The notes under the pieces: generated by a model
Seen by the model: the letters and a program-made list of their open reading frames with translations, nothing else
Told to the model about the DNA's origin: nothing
Databases searched by the model: none
Shown here: in pieces, positions 53,671 through 64,000 of the stretch
How the letters are laid out: each line of letters begins with the position of its first letter
Position numbering within the stretch: the stretch's first letter is position 1
Source: a virus
DNA length: 64,000 nt
Strand: one strand, 5' to 3'
Virus record (IMG/VR): IMGVR_UViG_3300050501_000292
Program-made: the position numbers and the translations under genes

Positions 53671-54996
53671 ACGATGCACAGACGTACCGGGCCGCCCACT
53701 TCGGCGGCCCATACGTCGCTCTCTGCCCCGATGGAGTCGTCCGCCATCGCGGCACGTTCCCGAGCCTGACTGCGGCCCACGACCACGCGGAAGCGTGCTG
53801 TATGGGCCGGCATCGCATCGTGCGGCCGGTCGCGCTGGTGGGCGGCCTGGCCCCGTCCGAGCCGGCCACGACCGCTATCGCCCGCGTGGGTGGCACCGAT
53901 GGCTGAGCACCGGGTCACCCGCGAGGATTGGCTGAGCGCCACACCCGCGCTCTGGATCGCTGACCCACCCACGGCCGGCGACCGGGTGAAGCTCATCGGT
54001 GGCCGCTGGCTGGTGGTTGTCGAGGTGCAGCCCGGGCGGCCCGGCCGATGGACGGCACGACTCCGAGCCGACGGAGAGAACCAGACGTTTACCGCTTGGC
54101 TGTACGTCCCATGGGCGGGGGCAGCACCATGAGCTGCCCCCGGTGCCGCGGCAGCCACGGGCCCGGCCCGTGCCCCCTACGTGGGACCGCTATCGCCCGC
54201 GTGCCCTCGAAGACGAAGCGCACGACGCTCGGCTTCACCATCCGCGACGTTACGTTGCTGCACGCGGCTGTCACTTACTGGGCCGACCAGCCAGAGAACT
54301 ACGAGGACGCCGAATCCGAGACGATCGCGGCGATGGCGCTTCTGGAATGGAGGCTGAGGCAGGCCGCGAGTCGTCTCGGATACACGTTGGGCGATCAGCC
54401 GTGAGCACGCACCCCAACGCCGTCGAAACCATGAACCGCGTCGCCCGATCACTGGGCGGCGCGGCTCATGTCGCCTACCTCAGCCGGGAGCTCATCGCCC
54501 AGGAGCGTGACCTTGCCGAGCTGGCCGTCGAGGTGTCCCAGCTCCTCGACGTGCTGGCCGGCGTGTTCGTCACGAACCCCGAGGAGCGCATCCACGCCCA
54601 CATCCACGCCATCGACCGCATGATCGCGGCCCTGGCCCCGATCGACCCCGGAGAGCGTCATGGCCCGTAGCGACAGGCAATCAACCTTCGGCCCGCTCCG
54701 AGAGCGTCTCGTCGCCCACACCGACGCCGAACGCGACATGGCCCGGCGCCGGCTCAGGGTCGCCCAGGCGGCGTTCACAGCGGCGTCAGACCCCTACTGG
54801 CAGGCCATCCGGGAGCGCCAGGCCGCCGCCGCCCACGCCAACGACGTCGGCGTCGAGCAGACCGAGATCGCCCGCGTGTTCGGGCTGCGCGACCACAGCG
54901 CCGTGTCGCGCATGATCGCCCGGTTCCGGGGTGAGGCGGTAACCGCGGCGGAGAACCGGCGCAAGCGACGTGCGGAGCGGGTCACTCGGTGAAGCG

Positions 54997-55200
54997 TTAC
55001 TCCAGTCGGCCGGTCTCTCTCAGCCATGCCTCCACCTGCGGCCACAGCCACAGCAGCATCCCTTCGCGGACGACGATCGGCTCGGGGAACTCGGGGTGTC
55101 GGCGCCTCCAGGAGTGCACGACGTTCGCGTGCGACAGCTCGAGCCGGTCGGCGATGTCCGCCGCCGATACGAGGTCGCGCGGATCGATTTGGCCTGCCAC
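54997..55200 (-). CDS. AlpA/excisionase-like protein (repeat copy)
   Basis: Same as 3561..3764. Confidence 0.75.
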   Translation of the reverse strand: MAGQIDPRDLVSAADIADRLELSHANVVHSWRRRHPEFPEPIVVREGMLLWLWPQVEAWLRETGRLE

Positions 55201-56744
55201 GACCCAGAAACTACGGCGAGGCCCTTGATTGCGTACGCAATCGGGGGCAAGGTAGGGCCCGCCCGGATAGCTGGGCGCTGCTGTCCGGGGGCCGTTGGCC
55301 TGCCAGTCTCCGTGCCCCCGGACCAGCCCCGCAGGAGGAGAGCATGAGGTTAGTCGTCGGCATGGCGTGGGTCGTCCTAGCGGCCCTGGCCTTCCTCGGA
55401 GGAGTGCACGTGGTCACCCACGGCCCCACCGGCGACAAGGTTGACGAGCTACCGATCGAGTGCGTCCAGGCGGGCGTCGTTATCTGCGAGGGGATGCCAT
55501 GACCGAAGCACGCAAGACCTCGGGCCCCGAGCTCGCCCGCCGGATGGGCGCCTTGGCCGACGAGCTCAAGGACGTTCCCGCCGAGTTGTGGGACACCTGC
55601 CCGGAGCTGCGCGAGGAGTCCCGACGGCTCGAGGGCGCTCTGGTGAAGCTCCGGCTCGACATCCCCGATCCGGGCAAGGTCGCTGGGGGCCGCATACCGC
55701 CGTGGGGTCCGACCCGGTCGCAAACCGCATTCCCTCAGGGGGGAGTGATTGCGAATGAGCCGTGAGCAGACCGGCACCATGGCAGCCCATGGTGGGGACA
55801 CCGGCCTGCCACCGGGAGCGGGACGGGGAACCCCCGCCTACCTCGTCCCGCTCATCCACCGGCAAGGAGGCTGGCGGAATGAGTGACACACCCAGGCACT
55901 TGATGTCGGGGACCCGTCGCATCACCAACGAGGACCGGAGACGGGCGCTGCTGCACGAGATCCGGAACTCGCGGTCGCCGTTGACGATCACGCCGGGGAT
56001 GCGCAAGGCGTTCGAGCAGCGCAAGGCCGAGGCCCGGAAGCGTCACCGCATAGGGCGGGCCTGCGACTCGTTCTTCACCGTCGTCTTCGCCGGTGGTGCT
56101 GTCGCGTCGCTCGTCATGCTGAGCGCCACGCGGCAGTGGGGGCTCGTGCCCGCGGTGGTCGTGTCCATCTTGCTGACCTACAAGGCATGGACCGGCGGGA
56201 GAACTAGAGCCATATGACCGCGGCGCAGCCGGCTCTCCGCCGTCGGCTCCGCTGTGAAAGGAGGCCCGGGGCCGATCGTCATTAACTCTGGCGACCGGCC
56301 CCGGGCCTCGAATGACCTTGTTACCTGGCGAGTTCGTCGACCCGCTCCTCCAGGATCTCGCACTTCTCGTAGAGCATCTTCTCGTAGTCCCGCATCGCCT
56401 CCATGCGGTCGAGCATCCGGAAGATCGATTTCTGCAAATCGTTCACCCAGGCGATGATGCCGAGCTGGCGTATCCGCAGGTAGCGGCCGTGGCGGTCGAG
56501 GCGCCAGGAGATCAGCCCGGCAAATCGCCTCGGCAGGGAACGCTCCCCAGTGGGACGTTTACCTCCTCGGGCTAGGACTCCCCCAGCTGTGACGCCGGCC
56601 ACGATGATGACGACAATGCTCCGCCGTCCCATTCGGTCCGCCTTTCTGGTCTGATCCAGCCCACCACCAGATGCCCTTGACGTCGTATCACGCTTACAGA
56701 CGTGCACGTTGCCTGCAATTGCGATCGCGTTACGATCACGACTG

Positions 56745-57659
56745 TCAGTGCGCAAGTTGCTGGTCGGATTCGTCCAGCGCTGACAGATCCCACGCTGCCG
56801 GTGGCCGCCGCACGCTCAACCTGGCGACCACCGCCGCCGCCCGGGTCGTGTCCGCCGCCGCGTAGCCCTCGGTCGTCTTGATGTTGGCGTGGCCCATCAC
56901 CTCGGCGGTCAGCAGGATGTCCCGCTCCTCGCGGTAGAAGTGCGTCCCGAACCAGTGGCGCAGCTGGTGCGCCGTCGTGCCCGGCGGCAGGTGCAGGTTG
57001 ATGTAGCGGCTGATCGTCTGGGGGTGCAGCGGTGCCGCCCCCCGGCCGTCCAGGAGCCACTGCCGAGTGAACACCGGGCCCGAGCGCGGCAGGCCATGGC
57101 GTCGCAGGGCCTCGAGTGTCTCGGGGTGCAGCGGCACGTAGCGGACCTTGTCGCCCTTGCCCTCCACGCGGAGCGTCATGTCCGGGATCGAGATGTCCTC
57201 GCGGGTCAGCCGGGACATCTCGACGCAGCGCAGGCCCTCGTAGGCACCGAGTGCCAGCCATGCCCGCATCCGGTCGTCGGCCCGGTCCATGGCCTCGGCC
57301 ACCACCGCGTCGTCGGCGGGGCGGGGGAGGCGCCGGGGCACCTTCGGGTCGACGAGGTCGGCCGCCGGGTTCGACTTGGCCTGGCCGGCGCCCTGGGCCC
57401 ACCCATAGAACGCCCGGAGGTGGCTGCGGTACGTGTGCCGGGAGCCGGGGGCGAGCCGGCCTCGGCGGCCTCGCCGTCCGTCCAGCCACTCCTCCAGGTC
57501 CAACGTGTCGAGCTCGAGGACGTGGCGGGGCTCGGCGTCGCGGGCCAGGGCGCGGACCTGGGCGATCCGTTGGCCGATCGTCCAGTCGCCGTCGCCGCAG
57601 CGTCGCTCGTGGGCACGGAACGCCCGGATCAGCTCCTCGAGTGGGGGATAGCCGCTCAT
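56745..57659 (-). CDS. int: Tyrosine recombinase (repeat copy)
   Basis: Same as 5309..6223. Confidence 0.93.
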   Translation of the reverse strand: MSGYPPLEELIRAFRAHERRCGDGDWTIGQRIAQVRALARDAEPRHVLELDTLDLEEWLDGRRGRRGRLAPGSRHTYRSHLRAFYGWAQGAGQAKSNPAADLVDPKVPRRLPRPADDAVVAEAMDRADDRMRAWLALGAYEGLRCVEMSRLTREDISIPDMTLRVEGKGDKVRYVPLHPETLEALRRHGLPRSGPVFTRQWLLDGRGAAPLHPQTISRYINLHLPPGTTAHQLRHWFGTHFYREERDILLTAEVMGHANIKTTEGYAAADTTRAAAVVARLSVRRPPAAWDLSALDESDQQLAH

Positions 57660-57846
57660 CGGGAAACATCCTCCTCGGGTAACAGGAATCTTGTCAAGAG
57701 ACTTGCCTGAATCCCTGTCGCCCGGAGAAGGACGTTTCCGCCGCTTCACGTGCGCTGACCTGCGATGACGCTCGACGAGCGCCGTCCGTATTCCCAGTAG
57801 GAATACGACAGGGATCTTGCCAAGTCGACTGTGGTGATAGAGCCGT

Positions 57847-58251
57847 TTAGGGCTCCTTGCATTCCTCCAGCAGGTCGTTCAGGTCCTCACGGTCCAGCAT
57901 GTCCAACGCCACCCGGGCCTGGCGCGCCAGCGACGGCGACAACCACCGCAACGGCACCCCGTACAGCTCCGCCAGAGCCAGAACCACCACCAGATCCGCC
58001 CGCTCCTCGGCCACCACACCCATCTCGTACTGGCGGATCTGCTCGTGCGACGGGTTCCCCCGCCCCCGCTCCGTGTTGCCCAACTTCTCCTGTATCAGCC
58101 CGGCGACACGCGCCAGACTGAAGCCAGCCTCCTCGCGGGCCCTGCGCAACCGCCGACCGAACTCCGTCGAAGGTTGCGACTGCGACCTCGCGTACACGCC
58201 TCGAGGCATCCTCCGTGCTCCCATCACGTCAGCCGCCCACTGTCCTGGCAA
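57847..58251 (-). CDS. XRE repressor (repeat copy)
   Basis: Same as 6411..6815. Confidence 0.85.
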   Translation of the reverse strand: MPGQWAADVMGARRMPRGVYARSQSQPSTEFGRRLRRAREEAGFSLARVAGLIQEKLGNTERGRGNPSHEQIRQYEMGVVAEERADLVVVLALAELYGVPLRWLSPSLARQARVALDMLDREDLNDLLEECKEP

Positions 58252-58424
58252 GAAGTCTGGCAGTAACCCTAGGGGTATGTCTAGTCACTCCTGACGGACC
58301 ACCCCCAAAGACCTCTTGCCAGAAGTCTTGACAGGAAACCTGCCGTGGGGCCATGCTGGAAGTCCACAGCGGGGAGCTGCGCCCCCCGCAACCCCCGGCC
58401 TACTTCCCTCAAAGGACTTCCCCT

Positions 58425-58910
58425 GTGGCAAAGCTGATCCGTCTGACCTCCGGCAACGTCGCCATCGTTGACGCCGAGGACTACGACTGGCTTAGCCGAT
58501 GGGCATGGCACCGTCAGACGGGGCCCTACGCGGGACGACACCGCCACAAGGCTGACGGACCAGGACCGTCCACGATCCTCATGCACCGCGTAATTCTCGG
58601 GCGTCACAAGGATCTAGTCGGACTCCAGGTCGACCATCGCAACAACTACGGCCTCGACAACCGCAAGGCCAATCTGCGTGCTGCTACGCGAAGCCTCAAC
58701 GGAGCGAATCGACGTCCTTCGAGGTGCGCTACTACAAGTCGCTACCGCGGTGTCAACGTCCGCCTCGGACGGCGACCTCGCGCCCACATCTACATCAACC
58801 ATCAGCAGGTCTACCTCGGCAGCTTTCCGACCGAGGAAGAAGCCGCCCGTGCCTACGACGCGGCAGCCCTTGAAGCATTCGGCGAGTTCGCTCGCGTCAA
58901 CTTTCCCTAA
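58425..58910 (+). CDS. HNH-AP2 endonuclease (repeat copy)
   Basis: Same as 6989..7474. Confidence 0.92.
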   Translation: MAKLIRLTSGNVAIVDAEDYDWLSRWAWHRQTGPYAGRHRHKADGPGPSTILMHRVILGRHKDLVGLQVDHRNNYGLDNRKANLRAATRSLNGANRRPSRCATTSRYRGVNVRLGRRPRAHIYINHQQVYLGSFPTEEEAARAYDAAALEAFGEFARVNFP

Positions 58911-60781
58911 GAAAGGTCTCAGCCATGGGCGGTGAGATCGAAGCTCGGCCGCCGGCCGACGCGTACTACCTCGCGTTGGCCGCTGAGGCGATCGTCGAGC
59001 TGCACAGGTGCAAGCCGAGCAAGGAGGTTGCCTTGATCTTCTGCGGAGACGACGAGGTGCCCGTCGCCTGGCCCACCACCCAGGCCCGCTGCATGATCCG
59101 CACCATGAACCACCTCGGAGCACGGTGGCTCGGCGTCTGCGAAGTCCCGGCCGCCGCCGAGGTCCTGGCGGCATGGACCTGAAGCCCCGAGTCCGCTACG
59201 CCCGAGCGCTCCACCTCGGCGATGTCAACGGCCGGCAGTACAGCCACACCGAGATCGCCAAGATGCTCAGCGTCAGCGCCCAGACCGTGCACCGCTGGAT
59301 CGACGAGTCAGTCGCCGAGGAACGCCGGGCCATCTGCCCCCTCTGCGGCCGGCGCTGCATCGTCATGGAGCCCGTGCGCGCCGACCGGGGCGACACCTAC
59401 CCGATGCACCTCGCCAAGGGGGAGCGCCGGCAGCGGTACTGCGAAGCCGGCGGGTGGCTGGTGGAAGACGACGAGTACGTGGAGGCCAAGACATCGTGAC
59501 CCCCGAGCAGATCCCCCAGGAACTCGTCGACCTCCTCGACGAACGTGCCGGCAAGAAGCACTCCCGCGACGGCGCCGTGCTCACGACCCTCGCCGAGATC
59601 CTGACCCGCTACGAGACGGCCGGGGTCCTGGTCTGCGAAGGCTGGTGGCACCCGAACGTCGTCAGCGGCCGGGTGCACGACCACCCGGACAACCCCGGCC
59701 GCAGCTGGTCGGCGGCATCCCACCGGCTGTGCGAGCCGGTCTACACGAAGCGCGACGAGCCGGCGGACCGGGAGATGCAACCCGATGCGTGACGTCACCG
59801 ACGCCGCACGGCAACTGACCCCGGCCGAGCACTACGCCGAAGCCGAACGGCTACTGGCTGTCGCGGTCTTGGTGATGAGCACGCCGAACCAGCGCCTGCT
59901 CGATGACCATGCAGTGGAGACGACCCCCACCTTCCAGCGCATGGAGGCCCGCGACCGTTGCGTCCGTGAGGCCCAGGTTCACGCCACGTTGGCGACCGTC
60001 AACCCGGACGTCCTGTGGCCGAAGTACGTCGTGACGGCCCAGCCAGCAGACGTCACCGAGGACAGCACCGACGCGCTCCTCGAGCAGATCCGCACCAGCG
60101 TCCACGCCTGGGCGTGCGGCGCCGCCCGGCCCGAGGAAGTCCTCAACGACATCGACCGGATGTTCAACGCGTGAGCCAGGTCGACCGCATCCTCGACCTG
60201 GACCTGTGCGCCGGCTGCCGGGCCTACCTGCTCGAGGACAGCGACGAAGACCCCCGCAACCCCGAGGTGAGGATCAACCCGCCGCCGACCGGGACCTACG
60301 ACCCCGAGGGAACCGTGATGGAAGTGAGCGACCTCCAACCCGGACAGACCGGGCGTGTCGTCGCCGTCTACGACCTGAGCGGCCCGTCGATCGCCGAGCA
60401 GTTCGGCGACGCGGTCGAGGCCCTCGAAGGGGAACTTATCCGAGAGCTCAGCGGCTACCTGTGGCGCAACACGGCCGAGTCCGCGCCACCGCTGACCCAG
60501 GAGAGGATGCACGAGGTCTACCGGGCTGTCGCCGAGCGGGAGGCCACCTACGAGGAGCGCCTCCGTGCTCGGGCGCGAGGGATGGGCGCCGAGGCTGTCC
60601 TTCGGGCCCGGATCTACTACGCGTGGCGGAGCAACGAGCCGCTCTACGTCACCTACGCGGAACTCCACACGTTGCAGATGATGCCCCGGCCGTCGCCCGG
60701 GAGTCCGATGCCGTTCAACAGCATCGACGTCGTCGTCGATGCGGGCCAGGCCGCAGCGCAGCAGCGGGTGGCTCTCATCCA

Positions 60782-62842
60782 ATGACCGCCATCGATCCCG
60801 GGCCCCTCTCGCCCTCCACGGTCCGCCTCACCCCGTCGCGGATCCGCCGGGCTCTGCGCCGCAAGGTCCGGCCCCACTTCGTCAACGATCCGCACCTTTG
60901 GATCGTCGAAGGCGACGTCGACGACGCCTACCCCACCTATGTCGTCCGCTACGACCCCGGCACCGGCGACCACGCCTGCTCCTGCTACGACACCGGCGGC
61001 CGGCTGAACCGCGGCAACGTCGGCCGGCGCATCGGCTGCACCCACGTCGTCGCCGTCGTCATGAAGCTCAAGCGCCAAGCCGCGATCGAGCGCCGCAACG
61101 CCGAACGGAAGCGTGCCGTCCCGCCGACCCCTACCGTCCCGACACCCGACGACCCGCGCCTCCACTACCACCCCGACACCGGCCAGCTCGTCCAGCCGCC
61201 GTTCCCCGACTGGGTGCAGACGTTCCGCCCCCACCAGTGGCAGGCCACCGAGGCGATCATGGAGGCGTTCGACGACGGCGCCCGGGTCGTCATGCTCCAG
61301 GCGCCCGTCGGCACCGGCAAGACCCTCACCGGCGAACTCGTGCGCCGGCTCATCGGCGGCAACGCCCTCTACGTGTGCTCCACCAAGACCCTCCAGGACC
61401 AGGCGGCCCGCGACTTCGACTACGCCCGGGTCCTCAAAGGCCGGGCCAACTACCCGACGTTGTCCGGCGGCCGGGGCGCGTGGGGCCAGGTCGTCGACGC
61501 CGCCGCCAACACCGTCACCTGCGCCGACTGCACCGTCTCCGGCTCCGACCCCGACTGCCGGTGGTGCCACGACACGGTGCGCTGCCCCTACCGGCTCGCC
61601 CGGGGCCGGGCCCAGACCGCCCCCCTCGCCGTCCTCAACACCGCCTACGCGCTCACCGACTGGAACAAGGGCGGTCAGCGCTTCGCCGGCCGGGACCTCT
61701 GCATCATCGACGAGGCCGACCTCCTCGAAGGCGAGCTGCTCTCCCAGGTCGAGGTCACGATCTCGAAGCGCCGCCGGGAGACCCTGCGCATCCCGCCGGC
61801 CGCCCCCAAGACCGTGTCCCGCAAGGACCCGCAGGGAACCTACGACGCCTGGCGCGAGTGGGCGGTCGCCGAGGCCATCCCCCGGGTCGCCGAGACCCTC
61901 TCGGTCCTGCCGACCGCGCAGTCGGCGACACCCCGCGAGCTCCGGCTCCGCAAGTCCTACCACGACCTGCTCGAACGGCTCCGCCTCCTCGCCCGGGAAC
62001 TGCCTCAGGGCGGCTGGATACATGACGATTACAACACTGGCGGGGTCACGTTCCGGCCCGTCCAGGTGCACGGCTGGGGGTCGACGATGCTGTGGCCGCA
62101 CGCCCGGCGGTTCCTGCTGATGTCCGGCACGATCATCTCCGCCGACGAGATGGCCGAGTCGCTCGGGGTGCCCGACGGCTACCGGCTCGTCGACATCCCG
62201 ATGACGTTCCCCGCTGCGAACCGGCCCGTCAACGTCTGCGCGCTCGTCGAGATGTCCCACAAGACCGTCGACACCGACTGGCCGAAGATGCTCAAAGGCG
62301 TCGCCGGGGTCCTCGGGGTGCACCCCGAGGAGCGCATCCTCGTCCACACCGTCTCCGGCAAGCTCGCCGAGTACCTGGTGCGCAACCTGCCGCCCTCCGC
62401 CCGCGCCGGCCGGGGCATCTACACCTACCGCTCCGGCGCCTCCGGGGAACGCGACCAGGCGCTCGCCGCCTACAAGGCCGACCCCCGCGGCGTCCTCATC
62501 GCGCAGTCGATGGAGCGCGGCGTCGACCTGCCCGACGAGCTGTGCTCGGTGATCGTCGTCTGCAAGATCCCGTACCCGAACCTCGGCGACAACCGCACCA
62601 AGGCCCGGCTCTACGCCACGAAGGGCGGCGAAGCCTGGTACGCGGTCAACACCGTCCGCTCGCTGGTTCAGATGACCGGCAGGGGAGTGCGCCACGAAGG
62701 CGACCGCTGCACCGTCTACGTCCTCGACCACGCGTTCACGACCCGGCTGTGGCGCAAGAACAAGCGCCTCCTGCCCGAATGGTGGTGCGACGCCGTCAAC
62801 TGGCACTACCCGACGTACCGGCTGACCCGCCAGAGGTCTTGA
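60782..62842 (+). CDS. dinG: SWIM-DinG helicase (repeat copy)
   Basis: Same as 9346..11406. Confidence 0.88.
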   Translation: MTAIDPGPLSPSTVRLTPSRIRRALRRKVRPHFVNDPHLWIVEGDVDDAYPTYVVRYDPGTGDHACSCYDTGGRLNRGNVGRRIGCTHVVAVVMKLKRQAAIERRNAERKRAVPPTPTVPTPDDPRLHYHPDTGQLVQPPFPDWVQTFRPHQWQATEAIMEAFDDGARVVMLQAPVGTGKTLTGELVRRLIGGNALYVCSTKTLQDQAARDFDYARVLKGRANYPTLSGGRGAWGQVVDAAANTVTCADCTVSGSDPDCRWCHDTVRCPYRLARGRAQTAPLAVLNTAYALTDWNKGGQRFAGRDLCIIDEADLLEGELLSQVEVTISKRRRETLRIPPAAPKTVSRKDPQGTYDAWREWAVAEAIPRVAETLSVLPTAQSATPRELRLRKSYHDLLERLRLLARELPQGGWIHDDYNTGGVTFRPVQVHGWGSTMLWPHARRFLLMSGTIISADEMAESLGVPDGYRLVDIPMTFPAANRPVNVCALVEMSHKTVDTDWPKMLKGVAGVLGVHPEERILVHTVSGKLAEYLVRNLPPSARAGRGIYTYRSGASGERDQALAAYKADPRGVLIAQSMERGVDLPDELCSVIVVCKIPYPNLGDNRTKARLYATKGGEAWYAVNTVRSLVQMTGRGVRHEGDRCTVYVLDHAFTTRLWRKNKRLLPEWWCDAVNWHYPTYRLTRQRS

Positions 62843-62905
62843 CAGAGTTCTTGTCAAGAGACTAGACAGAGATACCGCAACAAATCCCCCTAGGAGGGAC
62901 CCCTT

Positions 62906-63826
62906 ATGCCTTGGGATACCGACCGATCGTCCGGCTTCCTCACCCACTTCGCCGGCACGGTCAAGGAGTCGTACTTCGGCACGAACCCGAAGTACATGGA
63001 CGGCGACGCGCTGCTGCTCTGCCTGGAGCTCGACGAGGTCGAAGTGCTCGAGGAGGGCTACGACGGTGATGTCCCGGACCCGCTGACGGTCGAGATCCCG
63101 TGCGGCGGCAAGGACTGGTTCACCGAGGACGGCACGGTCGCCGAGCACAAGAAGAACAAGGACCGGTTCCACACCTCGGGCTGGATGGGCAAGCTCGTCG
63201 ACGCCGTCATCTCGTCGCAGACCGACTACGACGGCCCCGCGACCGCCAACTACGGCGGCAACACCGAGCGCACCGACGGCGAGCCGCTCGACGTCGACTT
63301 CGCCGACCTGTACCAGGTGCTCGAGAGCCGGGGCGACCCCACCGAGGCCGCCATCTACGAGGGCCTGCGCTTCGAGTTCGCCGAGCTCCAGGCCGACTTC
63401 GGGCCCGACCGCGAAGCCCAGAAGAAGGGCGACAAGGACGCCCGGATCAGCTCCCGGCGCACCCTGCCCATCCGCTACTTCCCCGCCGAGGCCGCCAAGC
63501 CGGCGAGCAAGGCCCGGGGCGCGACGAAGAAGGCCGCCGCCAAGCCGGCTACGAAGTCCAAGGCCCAGGAGGCCAAGGAGCGCGCCGCAGCCAAGCGGGC
63601 CGAGGCCACCACCACCGTCAACGGCGAGGCCAACCCGTTCGTCGACATCGCCGAGGACCTCGACACCGCCGAGGCCCTCATGGCCGCCCTCAAGGCCAAC
63701 GACGACTACGACGCGTTCGTCGAGGCGTGCCTCCAGATCGAGGCCGTCGAGAAGAACGACGCTCTGCTCGACGCCGTCATCGACGAGAACGGCCCCTGGG
63801 CCAGCCGCGACGAGCTCGTCGGCTGA
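62906..63826 (+). CDS. Putative SSB/recombination protein (repeat copy)
   Basis: Same as 11470..12390. Confidence 0.5.
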   Translation: MPWDTDRSSGFLTHFAGTVKESYFGTNPKYMDGDALLLCLELDEVEVLEEGYDGDVPDPLTVEIPCGGKDWFTEDGTVAEHKKNKDRFHTSGWMGKLVDAVISSQTDYDGPATANYGGNTERTDGEPLDVDFADLYQVLESRGDPTEAAIYEGLRFEFAELQADFGPDREAQKKGDKDARISSRRTLPIRYFPAEAAKPASKARGATKKAAAKPATKSKAQEAKERAAAKRAEATTTVNGEANPFVDIAEDLDTAEALMAALKANDDYDAFVEACLQIEAVEKNDALLDAVIDENGPWASRDELVG

Positions 63827-64000
63827 TGAGCCGTAGCCGCATCAACGTGGAGGTGCTCGCCCCGTCCGGCGGGGTGCGCGCCTCCACGGCCGGCTCCCGA
63901 CGACCGAACCTGTGCGACCACTGCCGGTCCGGCGACCACCACCTGTGTACCGGGGTCGGCTGCTACGGCTGCCCCGGACCGCACCGCCGCCACGGCTGCG

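Larger units (their letters stand above)
51437..64000. repeat. Second copy of 1-12564 (all features repeat at +51436)
   Basis: Same ORF track at constant offset. Confidence 0.97.

Overview
The window holds one complete ~51.4-kb, high-GC temperate tailed-phage genome. Bases 1-12564 recur at 51437-64000 (offset 51,436), most simply a circular contig wrapped past its origin. The host is probably an Actinomycetota member (WhiB gene, GH25 lysin, high GC, leaderless-style starts; inference). Plus strand: small early genes (50705-51579, continuing at 140-4781) and a middle DNA-metabolism/accessory operon (6989-23172) with HNH-AP2 and HNH endonucleases, SWIM-DinG helicase, Cas4-like exonuclease, MazG-like, AAA ATPase, GH25 lysin, ERCC4 nuclease, C39-like peptidase, family-4 UDG, NDT-like, DNA MTase and HslV/proteasome-like protease. 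Minus strand: XRE repressor plus XerC-like recombinase (5309-6815), and a long late arm (50260 down to 23223) with RHH regulator, Rep-like gene, terminase, portal, a 1649-aa probable internal virion protein, transglycosylase, WhiB, scaffold, major capsid, podovirus-like tail/fibre genes, membrane/holin genes and an Acb2/Tad1-family sponge. No DNA polymerase, primase, tape measure, tRNA or CRISPR array was recognised. Best leads: (1) a genome-wide set of 11-bp palindromes WCTTGNCAAGW in tandem arrays with a 12-bp period at promoters and gene junctions (stoperator/met-box-like); (2) an unannotated RHH gene, four 25-bp dyad repeats in mixed orientation and a Rep-like gene, which could be a plasmid-like origin or an invertible ON/OFF switch; (3) three genes bracketed by duplicated stop/RBS/start junctions; (4) an unannotated protamine-like peptide between terminase and portal. 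All calls are by eye; no searches were run.
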